Assembly (NCBI GenBank): GCA_964035545.1 | Contig: OZ037770.1 | Span: forward strand, 496,001-560,000 | DNA from: Bugula neritina | Lineage: Eukaryota; Animalia; Bryozoa | Direction of reading: 5' to 3' | Length of the DNA: 64,000 nucleotides | Notes under the pieces: model-generated | Told to the model about the DNA's origin: nothing | Seen by the model: only the letters and a program-made list of their open reading frames with translations | Database searches by the model: none | Translations under genes and position numbers: made by a program | In this document: in pieces, positions 13,677-28,222 of the stretch | How the letters are laid out: each line of letters begins with the position of its first letter | How positions within the stretch are numbered: the stretch's first letter is position 1

Positions 13677-13904
13677 GAAACCCCTGATTTAACAAGTTTT
13701 CGTTAAAGCCGGCTATAAGAACTTGTTCAAAGAAGGTACAAGAGCAATTTTGTTAAAGCAGGCTAAGGACTTGTTTAAATGAGGCACAAGAGCAGTTTTG
13801 AATGGATGCTCTTCCTAACATCACCAATGGCCTTTTATCACGGCTCGAACCCATGACCTCATGTTTACTAAACGAACGCTTTAACCCGTAGACCACGTCT
13901 GCTC
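13677..13904 (-). mobile_element. tRNA-derived SINE (family 2)
   Basis: Reverse complement GAGCAGACGTGGTCTACGGGTTAAAGCG...GGGTTCGAGCC (A/B boxes) plus TGGTGATGTTAGGAAGAGCATCC body. Confidence 0.7.
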
Positions 13905-16900
13905 TATTACAAACAAAAATTTTACATTGCCAGTTATTTCCTACTAGACATTAAACATCAACAGTGTTGGTATTGTGACAACATTGTTGTCTTTAGATCT
14001 CACTTGGATTAGGTAAGGCAGACTTAGTTTTATATTGTTGGGTTAAAAACCCTAAAAATTTGGGATAAAAAATTATATTCTTTTTAAAAATTAAATCTGA
14101 TAATTGCATTATATATGAAAGCTCAATTTGTAAATGTTTGATTAGAGATTTAATTGAGTTTATACCTAAGCAGAAGTTATCTGAAACTGTTTTACCTGAA
14201 ACAGTCGAACTATATGTTTGCTATAACAACATTAAACTTTACTTGACAGTTATATCCCGAATATGAGACAAAATTAATATGGATGACACACAGCTAAATG
14301 CCTGTCATAATCATACTCTTTATATATCTCATATATGCCTCCATAGCAATCTATGACATTTTAGGCAATTGCCAATTTGATATCAAGCAAAAAAGTTGTT
14401 TTATAACACCTACAGAGGAAAGCACATTATATCAACCTAACATACCTGTATGTTTGTAAATTTTTTAACCATGCTAAACAAGTTTTGATTAAATGCCAAA
14501 AAACCAACTCTCAAATGCAGAGAAAATAACAGCTCTATGTAGAGATTTTACCGCTATAGTTCTTCTTATAGCAGTTCCACGAGTGCCAGACACGAATAGA
14601 TCTATTGAAGAGTACTCATTAATTGGAGTCCATGAGACAACAATAGCACTATCCTTTGCAGTAACTGATATGTCAGGCGGGTAAGCTGGTCCTAAAGGAA
14701 GGGAAGTTTATACTCTTAGATAATACAGACACAAATCTGAAGTAAATGCTTACATGTTATGTGCTATAATATTTTGCATAAAGTCCAAAGATCTGTTGGA
14801 AAGGACAGAAATGCAGGCAAGCGGGAAAAGAAATAGAAAAGTGTTATAATTTCTAAAAAATATTTATTACGAACCAATTTTCTAGTTTAGTATTGTTATT
14901 ACCAATTGGAGCTGACATATAAATTTGAAATAACTGCAAAACACTGACTGCACAATAAAGACTGAAAGATCTTGTACAGCTTTTTAGTAAATTTTACGCT
15001 GTTCAGCTACGCATATAGCATTATAATTGAGAATAATTATTATAAATGTAATTATGTACCATCAAAAACTTAGATAAGTCTATCAAAACTTTAATTGTTG
15101 TCTCATTTATTTATAAGTATATATTTAAAGCCAAAGTGTTCCTAGATGAATAAATTAAATTTGCAAAATATTATAAATTATCGACTGAGTATACACACTC
15201 AACTAAGCTCACCAACATCTTGACTTTAGAGTATTTTGTACTTTTTCAAGTTTTATAAAGTTAGTAGTTAGTTAAACTATTTTAATCAAAATATTTTTAA
15301 TTTCATAAACTTCTGATAGCCAAAACATTCTTTGAAAGAACTTCTTCATTTGATTGATTGCTTAAAGTAATCAACTTAAAAAAGTCAAAGAACTAACAAT
15401 ATGCTGAATTTGTGGCTACAAAATCAGTATTTAGCTAATCTGTTATAAATACAACATATTTATCAACTTGAATAGTAAGATTCTTACTATTGAGCTTCAT
15501 CACAACTTTAAACATGGTTGATGTTATATTAATCAGATCATGGTTGATTTCAAATAAGTTGAGAAAGAAAGGGAACATAATTGAACCAATATATAAAGTA
15601 TTTTATAAAAAGAGTTTTTTAAATTACTATATAAATATTATATAGAGAATAGCAAAATAATAAGTAAACATAAAGAACAATTTATTAGTTTATTATTCAT
15701 CTAGTCTGCAAACTCTGCCATACCTGTTTGAGCTATGACGGCATCGGAAACTTCGTAAAGTGTTTTTTTTGCATCTCCTATAACGGGGCTAAACAGCTGG
15801 AATGACACCACTCTGTTGCCTGGAAGACCTAGGCCTATCCTTGCAAAACTCTGTCCTATTTTCGCAACTGTCAACACATTCATAACAAGAAAAGTTTAAA
15901 CTAAATTTAGAGATAGAATGTACAAAATACATGTTTGCACATAATGTAACACTGAAGGAGTTTAAACCGCTAATGATGAAAGGTATTTTAGAATAAATGA
16001 TGTTCTCTAATAAATTGCCAGCAAATTAATATAAACATTTTGCCGATCCTGACAAATGTTAGATACAATTGCACATCTCAATCAATAGCTATTTGTGAAA
16101 CAGTTTTGAGAGCTTTTAGTCAAAATTTGATTTGGATTTCATTGCAATATCAGACTAGAAACTTGTTCAAGTCAACGCTGTCTTCAAGCAAGCTTGATGA
16201 TGTGCATACCCAAAATAACTTTTTCCTGATGTTATGCAAAGTTTTATGTTGGTTGAGCAATTTCAATCTACCAAAAAATATTTTTGAGCTACTCACCAGT
16301 TGTTCTCTGCTCATAACCACTCCCTATGGCGGTATACTTCATTACAAAGCCATTGTAGAAGTTGGGTTTTCCTGTTCGTGTTTGGTTCGTGGAATAGATA
16401 GAAACAAGAATATTTGCCCCTCCGTTATTGATCACCTGAAAACTTTTCACTCTCATTGGAGCTGAAAATAAGACCTGGACGTCTGAATGGATTTTGCTGC
16501 CGATAAAATACGTACTTTAAAACTGATTGTGTATTATAGAGAATAAGATGAAATTGGTAATTTGTACAAAGAGCTATTTATTGTCATTGATATACATGTT
16601 ACACCTCTTTTTCATTAACTAACTTTTCTCCAAAAATATATATACCATGTGATCCACTTGCAACAGTATATGATTTTGTGCAGTTTAGCTGCTTTGAGTG
16701 TATATTTTCTTGCACCAAACTAATAATGAACTTAGAAAACAACGTCACTTCCTTTTTCTGATTTTGTAAGTTTTATCCTAATATTCGAGTAATTTGAGTG
16801 TGCTAGCTCAATGTTTTCTTATAACGCTTGAACACCTGATGTTACTAAACAAATTGTACTAAGTTGAACAGAATTATGTATAATCATTTACTGCAAAAAT

Positions 16901-17104
16901 TAAACATTTATAAGATGAAAAGTATACCCATGTTCAAGTATATTTTTGTGATTGCCTTGATCTTATTGTCAGTGTCTCTTCGAGCTACGAAAACCAATGT
17001 ATATCGGAGCCCAGGTGATAGGTTTGTAAACTTTGCCTTTAACAAACAAAGTTACTATATTAAAGCAATGGCGTATGTTACTATTTCAGATTTGCTTACG
17101 CTTC

Positions 17105-17582
<478 letters not shown>

Positions 17583-17827
17583 TTTTACTTTTCATTATTT
17601 TATCTTTCATACTCTACTTACATATAAACTGCCATGTCGCCACGCATTTCTAAGTACAACTTTTTCAGTAGGATTTTGAACTTTCGGAGTCACTGGATTA
17701 GAGAGAGTGAACCGAGTTATTAGACCAAGTGCATAAAAATTGCCCCCTAGTGCTTCAACACCAGCATGCCCTCTTATTGCAAACTCCGGTACCCTATACA
17801 TCTCTAAATCAACCGCAATAAATCTAA

Positions 17828-17912
<85 letters not shown>

Positions 17913-18679
17913 GTATGTATGTATGTATGTATGTATGTATATATAAGCTTAGATTATATTTACAGGTTATAAAGTTAGAGTTTTATATACATAAATGGTT
18001 ATAGAAGCTCAATTTACATGTTTCGGTATTGCTGAATAAGGATTTGGTTGATGGCATCATTAAATACATACTTGATTAGACGAAAACTAACATCATTTGC
18101 TTTTGCTTTTAACTGAATGTGGAGCACATTTAAAATTATATTCAAAAAAGTTATAGAAACTGAATTTTAGTGTATATAGGCTGAGAAATTTGCTTCTGGA
18201 AAAATTCATACAATACTTAGTTATGTGGAAAGGGAATAATTATTAGATGTCAAATATTCTAAAGTAATGTTAGTTTTACTAGTTTAGAGTCCAGAGCAAC
18301 TTTGATCTGGTACATGAAAAAAACTCTATACAATGTTTTGGAATTTTTCAACAAAACTATCACAAATATTATCAATTTTGAAAATAGATTAGCTTGTGAA
18401 GTGAATTGTTTTGACAATAGGTGAAATAAAATATTCGACTATTAGTTACAGCAAAGGGAACATAGCGTACTTACGGAATATCTACATCCGCAGATGCTAC
18501 TTGAGTCACCCATATCAAAGTGATGATATTCAAATTGATCATAGCAATACATTTATGGGTTCCTTTTTAAGTAGAATTATCTGCTATATCATGATTTATT
18601 TTGAGAACTGAATAATTATTTGCATATTTTCATCAAAGTTATTTTAGGAATCCTCTGTTTTTGTTTTTGACTGACATAC

Positions 18680-19133
18680 TGTAATAGAATTTTATCCCCT
18701 ATTGTCATGGAAAGTGTATTGTAATTACTTGTTACGTATCATTTTGAATTCTGTACTTATAATTAAGTTGAGGTAGCTTTCTAATACCCAAGTGTTGAGA
18801 TTGTTGTTAAAGCTCTCAGCATAATGTAATTGCACTAAATAAGCATTTGAAGTTATGTAATAATTTTCCTATACTAAATATTGAAATTGGCATTTTGAAG
18901 TTTCGATTTTCAGACAACAAAAGATCTCTTTGTTCATTTCTTTAACCTATTTGTGTATAAAAGCAGGCTAGTTCCAGTGTAGAGGCAGTCTATCACTGGA
19001 GCTTGCCTGTTGAAGACCTCTCTATTACCTTACAATAAAAATTGCTATCACTGAAGAATACCCTGCCTCTTGTTTTCTCTCACAAAGAGATATGTTCAGC
19101 ACTTAGTTTCATTCAATCCACAAAGTTACCACA
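18680..19133 (+). mobile_element. Probable solo LTR
   Basis: Starts TGT (18680), ends ACA (19133), flanked by the 4-bp direct repeat ATAC. Contains TATAAAAG (~18956) and AATAAA (~19034). B/C upstream homology breaks at this point. Confidence 0.55.
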
Positions 19134-19279
19134 ATACAACTACTTAAGTTTAACACCTGATTCATTTACGCAATTGAATTAAAATATATAATGCACATGT
19201 TTCTATAAAAACGTATGTTCATACAAATTATATGTACATATTGTAGAGATATTGTATATGTAAGAGAAGAAAGGAATAG

Positions 19280-20770
19280 ACTTGCTTAGGTGCTACATGA
19301 CATAATCACGGAAGCCTGGAACCAATCAGAAGTCCCACAGGACTGGAAATACGCCCTGCTAATCACTATTTTCAAGAAGGGTGACAGAAATATATGTGGA
19401 AACTATCGTGGCATATCCTTACTGTCAGTCCTTGGAAAAGTGTTTGCTCGGGTCTTACTCAACAGGCTAACAAGCGTTGCTGAAGGCCTTCTTCCGGAAG
19501 CTCAATGTGGTTTCAGAGCGGGAATGGGAACAACAGACATGATATTCTCTCTTAAGCAGATACAGGAGAAGTGCATTGAACAAAACATGCCACTATACAT
19601 GGTGTTTGTAGACTTCACCAAAGCTTTTGACACTGTCAATCACTCCCTACTTTGGACATACTAAAGAAGATCAGTTGTCCAGAGAGGTTTGTAAACTTTG
19701 TAGCTTTGCTTCACAACAACATGAAAGCACAGGTCAAATATAAAAGTGACCTATCTGATGCATTCGAAATCAAACAAGGTTGTGTTTTGGCACCCACACT
19801 CTTCTCGATATTTATATCTGATTAAGTGCTTAACCATGCTTTCACTGATTACAACAAGGGAGTGTGGATACAGAGTAGAACAGGTGACAACCTTTTCAAT
19901 GTTAACCAGTACAAAACTGCAAGAAAAACCCAAAGAGTCCTAATGGATGAACTCATGTTCGCTGATGACACAACCTTTGTGGCTCATTCCCAACAAGATG
20001 CTCAAGAAATCATAACCCTGTTGGCCCAGGCTGCAAAATCCTTTGGATTGAAAATCAAAATCAAGAAAGCAGAAGTAGTTTATCAACCATCACCTGGATC
20101 TCATGATACGCAGGGGATCTCATCCTGATACAAGATTAAAAAGCTCGCCGAAGTCTCAAAGTTTAAGTACCTTGGGTCAACTATTAGTAACAACAACAAA
20201 CTCGATGCTGAGCTGGAGATTCGTACTTTCAATGCCTCGGAAGCATTTGGCAGACTCAAAGACAAGGTTTGGAACAACAAAGAACTTACCATCAAAACAA
20301 AGTGTGCAGTCTACAAAGCCATCATAATCTCCACTCTCCTATATGGAAGTGAAGCATGGAGTGTTTACAGAGTTGCCGCCCACAAACTGAATGCATATAT
20401 GATACGCCAACTCCAACAGATCTTGAGCATAAAGTGGTGGGATTTTGTCACCAACGAGGATTTGCTGAAGAAAACCAACATGATGAGCATGTATGGTGTG
20501 TTGATTCAGAGGAACCTCAGATGGTCAAGTCATTTCCATAGAATGGAAAATGGGAGATTACCCAAACAAATTCTATACTCTCAACTGTGTGAAGGTTCAC
20601 ATGTAATAGGCAGACCTAAGCTAAGATTCATGAACACGGTGAAGCAACATCTCAAAGCAAAGCAGATTTCCTTTGGCAGATTCTTAGCAAGCAGAGGGAG
20701 AGTTGGAGATCCATGATAAACAGGAAACAGACGGACAGCTGATGAGGATGATGTTATCAAAATGATAACT
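19280..20770 (+). mobile_element. 5'-truncated RTE-clade LINE, reverse transcriptase region, frameshifted
   Basis: Motifs NYRGISLLS, EAQCGFR, FVDFTKAFDTV, KQGCVLAP, LMFADD, FKYLGS and the RTE C-terminus RLPKQILYSQLCEG..GRPKLRF; followed by (CA)n at ~20772-20807. Confidence 0.9.
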
Positions 20771-23700
20771 ACACACACACACACACACACACGCACACAC
20801 ACACACACTTTAACTGAGGGCATGATGCATTTTGCATCGTAGATAAACTAGCGTGACGGTGCCATCGTGATGGCCAATCTGATGACTGTTAGTAATTAGT
20901 AGTGGGCGAAGCTGGACTACTTGTAGTGGGCGCTAGTGTACTTGATTAGCTAGCAGATAGTGTATAGAATTCTTCTTGTAAAGTATTGTGTATTTTCTCT
21001 TCGATTATGTAACGTGTTTTGATAATTGTATAGTTTGATTTAATGTCTTGAAATAAATGGAATAAAGTGTTAGCAATATATATATATGCAATCATAAACC
21101 TGGTAAAATAGCTTTGCCTAAATAGACCCGATAATCAACAGTGAAGCATAAATTCACAACAATATTATAAAAATGATTTGTGCAATAATTTTAATACGTT
21201 CTGATGAATTGAATTTTCTAGATTTATTTTGATAATTTTTTGCTCTATATACAGTTAATATTGACAAAAAATAGTTTCATTGATTGATGTTTTATCAATG
21301 GCAGAAAAGTTGAAGTATAAAGACAATGAAATAAACTGCCAAATAGAGAAAGAAAAATGGACAAATTGAAATACTTATTTTAAAAAGTAACAACAAATTT
21401 AAAAAGAACATAAAGATATAACACAATGATGTGTATTCATAAGAAAAGTATTAGATATAAACTTTTAATCAAACTATCTAAAAGAGTATGAATCAGCAGT
21501 GTCATCAATCATAATGCTTAAGCCGATTGGTCTGAAGTTGTCCAGGAAATTTTTGCCTCTTATTTCCTGTGAGTCATTTAACTTAATTGTTAGTTCTTTC
21601 TGGTATTACAGACATCATTTTTGATTTAGAAACTTCTTGAGGCGCTGCAGGAGCTTTGCAAACTTTAGAGTTCAATTCATTTTCCCATTTATTAGATCTG
21701 CTCCTAAAACAATACTAATGTATTTATTGTGTTGCAAACAAATTGATTTCAACAAATATTATGACAATTCTTTAAGCGAACGCTGTTTCTACAGCAATAC
21801 TGATATACATCATATTATATTATGGTGCAGACAAACTTATTAAAAACTACTCCTGTGACAATTCTTCAAATTAATGCCTGAATAAACAAAAGCAATATAT
21901 TACCAATGTATTTGCTTCTTTAGATTTTACAGCAATTTTTAGCAAAAGTGTTTTTTCATTAGATTTAGAAAATTTAAATAAACATGAAAACAAAATATCA
22001 GAGGACCAGAGCATAAATAGTGTGTTTGTTCTCTGATTGTTTTATTTACAGTGTAGCTTTGTAATTTAGTGAACAACTATGCCGGCATGAAGACAATGTT
22101 ATAGTTCCACTTTATATAATTTCACTTAACCAACAGACTTACCAAAAGAATAGACAAGCTGTGATCCATAGAACTCCTGAACTAACACAGAGTCTAACAA
22201 AAGGTCCAGCACTGATGTCTACAAATTTCAAAAAAACTTCAATTACTTTATTATCAGTGAGTGTCAGTCACAGATAATTACAAATTAAACAGAAAAAGTT
22301 GTTATGTCAAATACGTAAACACCTGTTTCTTAACTAAATGAAATTTTATAATCACAATCTAAATACATGTTGAAGTTTATATAAGTTATTAAATTTTATG
22401 ATTATAAAAAACACCTTTCATATTGATTTCTAGTAATACAGAGTTGCTTTTCAAACTAGCAACACCATTGTCAGTCGAAAGAACCGAAATAATAAATTCA
22501 CTGGCTGGAAGGTCGTCTAGTTGAATAGCAAACTCAGTTTCTGATATGTTATTGTAGTTGGTGAGGTCATAATTCGTACAGAGAAGAGGCTGATTTTTCT
22601 GGCATAAATTGATTTGAAATATCTCTGACATCTAAAAGATGTAATTCATAATGATAACAAATAAGTCTCAGACATTATATATAAAACATTAATTAAGGCC
22701 TACTGAATAGTATTTCCGGTGGATCTATTCTGATTATTTAACTTACATTTGTTAGCTGAGCATTCCAGGATATCTTTATCTTATGAGGCTCCAGTTGCAC
22801 TACGTTAACGTCTGTTGCAATGTTTGGTGCTGTCAAAATCACACACAAGTTTCAATTTAATGAAAGTTTGCAAGTAGTCACAGTTTAAATATACCCACAG
22901 TCATTTTAAGTAAAAAAAAAGATTTTTAAACGAGCACATGAAATGATGAATACTCTTTGGTTTCAGTAGCTTGTAAACATACGAGTTCTGAAGAATGTTG
23001 AGACTGGATCAGATTCCTTTACTTCACCATTCTGTTCTGATACTAACACTACAGTGATCTTGAAACTTCTACCATATGGCAGTTGGCCAATGTCTTCAAT
23101 GATTTTGTTAAAGTTGGGTGACATTAAAAAGTCTTCTGAAAAAAGGCACACATTTTGTGAAAGAAAGATTATATTTTTCTTGATTCTCTGATGTGCAATA
23201 TTTAATACTATCTATGTAAAAGATGCTATGTAACAGGTGCTACTTATGTAACGATGATAAAACATCGAATATATCACAAGACCTTTACCTTCATCCACAG
23301 GGTAGCTGAGTTCGTTTATAGTGTGTCCATCATTAGTATCAGTTATGTTTACCAAAACACTCGAGAACAAACAGTTTGCTGGCTTCATGAAAGATAGATA
23401 ATAACTACCACTTTTATTTTGAACATTTCTTTCTAGGAAGATGATGCTTTCAGGTGTAACCAGGGCTACAAAAATATAAAACCTATTTAATAGACCCAAG
23501 GCTATGACAGTCTAAAATTGCACAATGTTATTATGCTCTAAACACAGAATGTAAATGCATAATAAATGTTTCTTACATGTAAATATTGAAGCTACAATAT
23601 TTGTGGTTACAATTTCGTTTGACTGAAGGTCTAAACTGATCAGCCAGATGGTAAACGAACACTGTTTTCCTGATGGCATAGTCTCCATCCATTCCAAAGA

Positions 23701-26371
23701 CGTTTTAGCATTCCACGCATATTTCTACATTATACATGCCAAAAGTGGGCACAATCATTGAGAGCAAACTTACTCTAAATATACTTGCAACCTTCAATTG
23801 TGCTTCCAAGCATTTTCGATTATTATCTTGCTGTTTAAAACAATCTGAAAATCGAACAAAAATAAATATTTTGTCAACTGCATAGAACTCACTTGGTGAA
23901 AGTAGCGACTACTACAATTCTCTGATGACTTGATGTTAAGTGAGTCATAGAACGTGCCGTCAAACTTCCATTCAAGCAAAACTGTAACTTGGTTTTCTGA
24001 ACTTATACGTTTTGGTGATGCTATGAATGCATTGAGTGGTAAAGGATCTAAAAAGTAATAAATTAATAATAAAAATAGACACTCATAATTTAAATATTGT
24101 GAAGTTTTCTAGACTGAAAGATTGGGAACCACACTTTATCTAGACCGGTGAGGGGGGAGGGGAATTGTGCCTGCTCTACCACCAGTTCCTAATTACTAAT
24201 TCAATTGCAAAGCTAGAATGACTCAGCTTGGTTCAGCTATATAACTATCTACTGTTAGCTATTTAATCTGTCACAATAAAGAATAGCCGTTATTTTAAGC
24301 TATTTACAGCAAGCAGATGACAAATACAATTAGTAATTAATATTATACTAAGCATAGACCCACAAAGTAGCTATTTTGTATTACATTATATCACTTTATA
24401 TTCCAATTTTGTTCTTTTAATATTTTATTGGGTTGTAGGTTTATTCTGAATAATGAAATTTCTTGTATCTATGTTTTTGTATCATACTGTTACGTGTAGT
24501 TGATAATGTATTATATAGTAAATTTTGTTAAATTAGTTTCACGTTAAGTCTGCTATAAAAGAAAGGTTGGTAAACCATCAGTTGTTAGGAATAAAAATGA
24601 CATTATATAAACCGAGCGCCTCTCTGGCTTAGTAACTTACTCAGCGGTAAATGAGCATAAGCATCTACTTATACACCTTGGGAACATAAAATGAGAACTT
24701 CATAAATATCACAACATAGTATATAAAATTTGTTAGACCAAATTGGTTATGACCCTGTTAAAGACAGAGCAGATAATAATCTTATATTTCATTGTAGGAT
24801 ATGTGTTAGGAAAAGTTTTTTTAAACACATCATTTTAAAAGAACATTTTATTCTTTGTTACTTTTATCTTTAAATAACAATTAAGCGCTATACACTCTAA
24901 AAACGTTTGCACTAGCTGTTATTTCTTTCACTAAAATTTTCGTGCAAAATTAATATTTTTCTTCAATACACTTACCCACTGATCTTGTATAAGATTGCTG
25001 TAGGTACAATCCATTGGCGTTGACTCGAAACCAAATCTGGTAGTTGTTTCCTCGTGTCACGTGAAATATTTGAGTAGTACTTGATTCTGGTGCCTACAAT
25101 TCTAGTATTTTATACTTCAAGTAAAAAATCTATCAGCGATAAAAATTGCAAAGTTGAATACATTCATCTGTCAATGGTTTGGAAACTTAATATTACATTT
25201 CTAATTATTTGCTTCTAAATATCAAAATACTTGAGTGAAAGGTATCAGTGTTGGTCTTGGTGTTGGTATAAAAAGTATTAAGCTAGAAAATGTTGCATCA
25301 CAACTATGAATAGTTTAAAATAAGTAAGAAGAGAAAAACATTCCCAAATCCTTCATGTTTTACCGCTATAGCTCTTCTGATAGAAGTTCCACGAGTGCCA
25401 GACACGAATAGATCTATTGAAGAGTACTGATTAGATGGAGTTCATGAGACAACAATAGCACTATCCTTTGCAGTAACTGATATGCCAGGCGGGTAGGCTG
25501 GTCCTAAAGGAAGGGAAGTTTAGACTCATAGATAACACAGACACAAATCTGAAGTGAATGCTCACAATTAATGTGTCATGATATAATATAAATTCTGAAG
25601 ATCTGTTGAAATGTTCAGAATTAAAGTCACAATGGAAAAAAACAAAATGAAAAGTGATACTATAGTTATAAGTAATATTATTACAAACCAATTTTTTAGT
25701 TTGGTATTGTTAGTTATATTACCAACTAGAGCTGACATAACTTTGAGATAAGTGCTATATAAATACTGACTGCCAATTATAGAATGAAAAATAGAAACTC
25801 ATACCAAAAGTTAAATCATTCGGCTACGCCTAGCATGATTAGAATAAATGTTATATTTGTAATTATAAATTAGAATATTTTTGTTTTCCAAGTTTTAGAA
25901 AATTAGTAGCTTAATAAATTATTTCAATCAGAAGATTTTTAATTTCATGAACCTTTACACGCAACTGAGAGCTTAAAGTAATCAACTAAAAGTTTTAAAG
26001 CTATCAATATACTATAAGCTTATACTGGAACAAATTTAGCATTTGGCGATTTTAAATATTATAAGATCCACTTGCTGGTATGAGTACTAAACATTTATTA
26101 ACTTAAATAATAGTTCTTGGTGTTGAATAATACCTGTTGAGGCTGTGACGGCATCGGAAACTTTGTAAAGTGTTTTTCTTGCATCTCCTATAACGGCGCT
26201 AAACAGCTGAAATGACACCACTCTGTTGCCTGAAAGACCTAGGCCTATCCTTGAAAAACTTTGTACTTTTTTCGAAACTGCAAATAAATTGATAATAGGA
26301 AAAGTTTCAAGTAAACATAGATATTAAGCAGACAAAAAGCATGTTTGCTGAATGAACAATGTAGTTTACCC

Positions 26372-26662
26372 AGTGGTCCCCGTGGTGTAATGGTAGCATG
26401 CTTGCAAGCCAGAGGACCCGGGTTAGATTTCCAGTGATGGCAAAATAATTTTACAGGCTATTTCGGCCTTGTCTTGTAGAAGTAATCTCAGGGAGTTGAG
26501 TGGCGAGTATAAGCTGACAGAGTACGTGGGGGCCAGTAAAGTTCTGGAGAGAACTGGGTGGGATGTTGCTTGGAATCCTAAAGCCCATGTAGCGCAATTG
26601 GTTAGTGCGCCTGCTTGCAAACCACAGGTCTGTGGTTCGAATCTCGGTGGGGGCAATTATTT
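26372..26662 (+). mobile_element. Two tandem tRNA(Ala-like)-derived SINE heads
   Basis: GTGGTCCCCGTGGTGTAATGGTAGC...TTGCAAGCC (26372-26450) and GCCCATGTAGCGCAATTGGTTAG...CTTGCAAA...GGTTCGAATC (26583-26662). Confidence 0.6.
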
Positions 26663-27412
26663 TGCAGTCAGTGACAAAGAATGCTTATGACATAGAATAA
26701 CACTAAATTGGAGTTGTATTTGTAAACCACTACTGATAGAAAATATTTTAGAATAAACAATGTTGTCACCAGCAACTGAATCTAGAAAGTTTGAAGATTT
26801 AGACAATAATTAGATACAGCTCTACATCCTAATCAAAAGAACAGTTTTGAGAGTTTTTTTTGATGAACTATAGAATGTCAAAATTAGACTTGCATGGATG
26901 TCGTTGCAATAGCATCAGACAAGAACCTTGCTTCCCGTCAACTCTGTCTTCGAGCAAAACTTGATGATACGTATACTAAAATTGCTTCTCCCTTACATTA
27001 TGCAAAGCTTTACTATAACGACTAGTTGGTCAAAAAGTTCACCCAGAAGTTTTTCATTCGGTGGAGAAAAGCTATAAAAAGCAGACTGAAGACGCATGAG
27101 GAAAAATAGGTATTAATTTGCAGAAATTTGGAATAATATACAAAGTTTTATTGTAGTTGAGCAATTTGAATCTACCAAAAATATTATTAAGCCACTCACC
27201 TGTTGTTCTCTGCTGATAACCACTCCCTAAGACGGTATACTTCATCACGAACCCATTGTAGTAGTTGGGTTTTCCAGTTCGTGTTTGGTTCGTTGGGTAG
27301 ATAGAAACAAGAATATTTGCCCCTCCGCTATTGGTTACCTGAAAACTTCTCACTCTCATTGGAGCTAAAAATAAAAACTATAGACAGGAAATTTATGTAA
27401 TTGAAAATTGAT

Positions 27413-27414
<2 letters not shown>

Positions 27415-27506
<92 letters not shown>
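27415..27506. repeat. (TA)n microsatellite, intron 3 of copy C
   Basis: Directly visible. Confidence 0.95.
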
Positions 27507-27509
<3 letters not shown>

Positions 27510-28024
27510 TGTATATATATATTTTATATAATTATTATACTGATGACTGAATGACTGAGAAATCTATACTCTGTAGTTTAATGACCAGCTGTATCTGACT
27601 TATAGTAAACCAATAAAGTGAGAGTTGTTAAAACTTGTTGCTACTCTAACTTCTTCCACTTCTACTTAAACTTTCTCAAAAATTTTTTTCTCAACTCTAC
27701 CTAATTGTGCATGTTTTAGCATAATATTCGAGTAACTTAAGTGCAGTAGAGTAATGTTTTTATCACACTGGAACACCCAATGTTTCGATAAACAATTCGT
27801 ACTAAATTGAATAAAATTACCCATCATTATTTATCGAAACTAAGAGGAAAGGAAATACCCATGTTTAAGTATACTCTTTTGTTAGCTTCATACTTATAGT
27901 CAGTGTCTCTTTGAGCTACGAAAACCAATGTATATCGGAGCCCAGGTGATAGGTTGGTGAACTTTGCCTTTAACAAACAAAATGTATTATATTAGAAAAA
28001 TGGCATATGCTATGAACGCCAATT

Positions 28025-28031
28025 ATATATG

Positions 28032-28097
<66 letters not shown>

Positions 28098-28116
28098 CAC
28101 ACATATATATATATAT

Positions 28117-28194
<78 letters not shown>

Positions 28195-28222
28195 CCCTCT
28201 CTCTTTTTCTCTCACTCTCTCT
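28025..28222. repeat. (TA)n plus short (CT)n in intron 2 of copy C
   Basis: Directly visible. Confidence 0.95.

Noticed and set aside
20823-21094. Possible second solo LTR after the RTE tail
   Set aside because: TG...CA ends and AATAAA are present but there is no target-site duplication.
26583-26662. Functional tRNA-Ala(TGC) gene
   Set aside because: Anticodon and acceptor stems pair poorly; multiple decayed dispersed relatives point to a SINE or pseudo-tRNA.
27540-27575. Other CTGATGA words as hammerheads (also 20739, 28762, 29881)
   Set aside because: No pairing stem II or GAAA/NUH arrangement.
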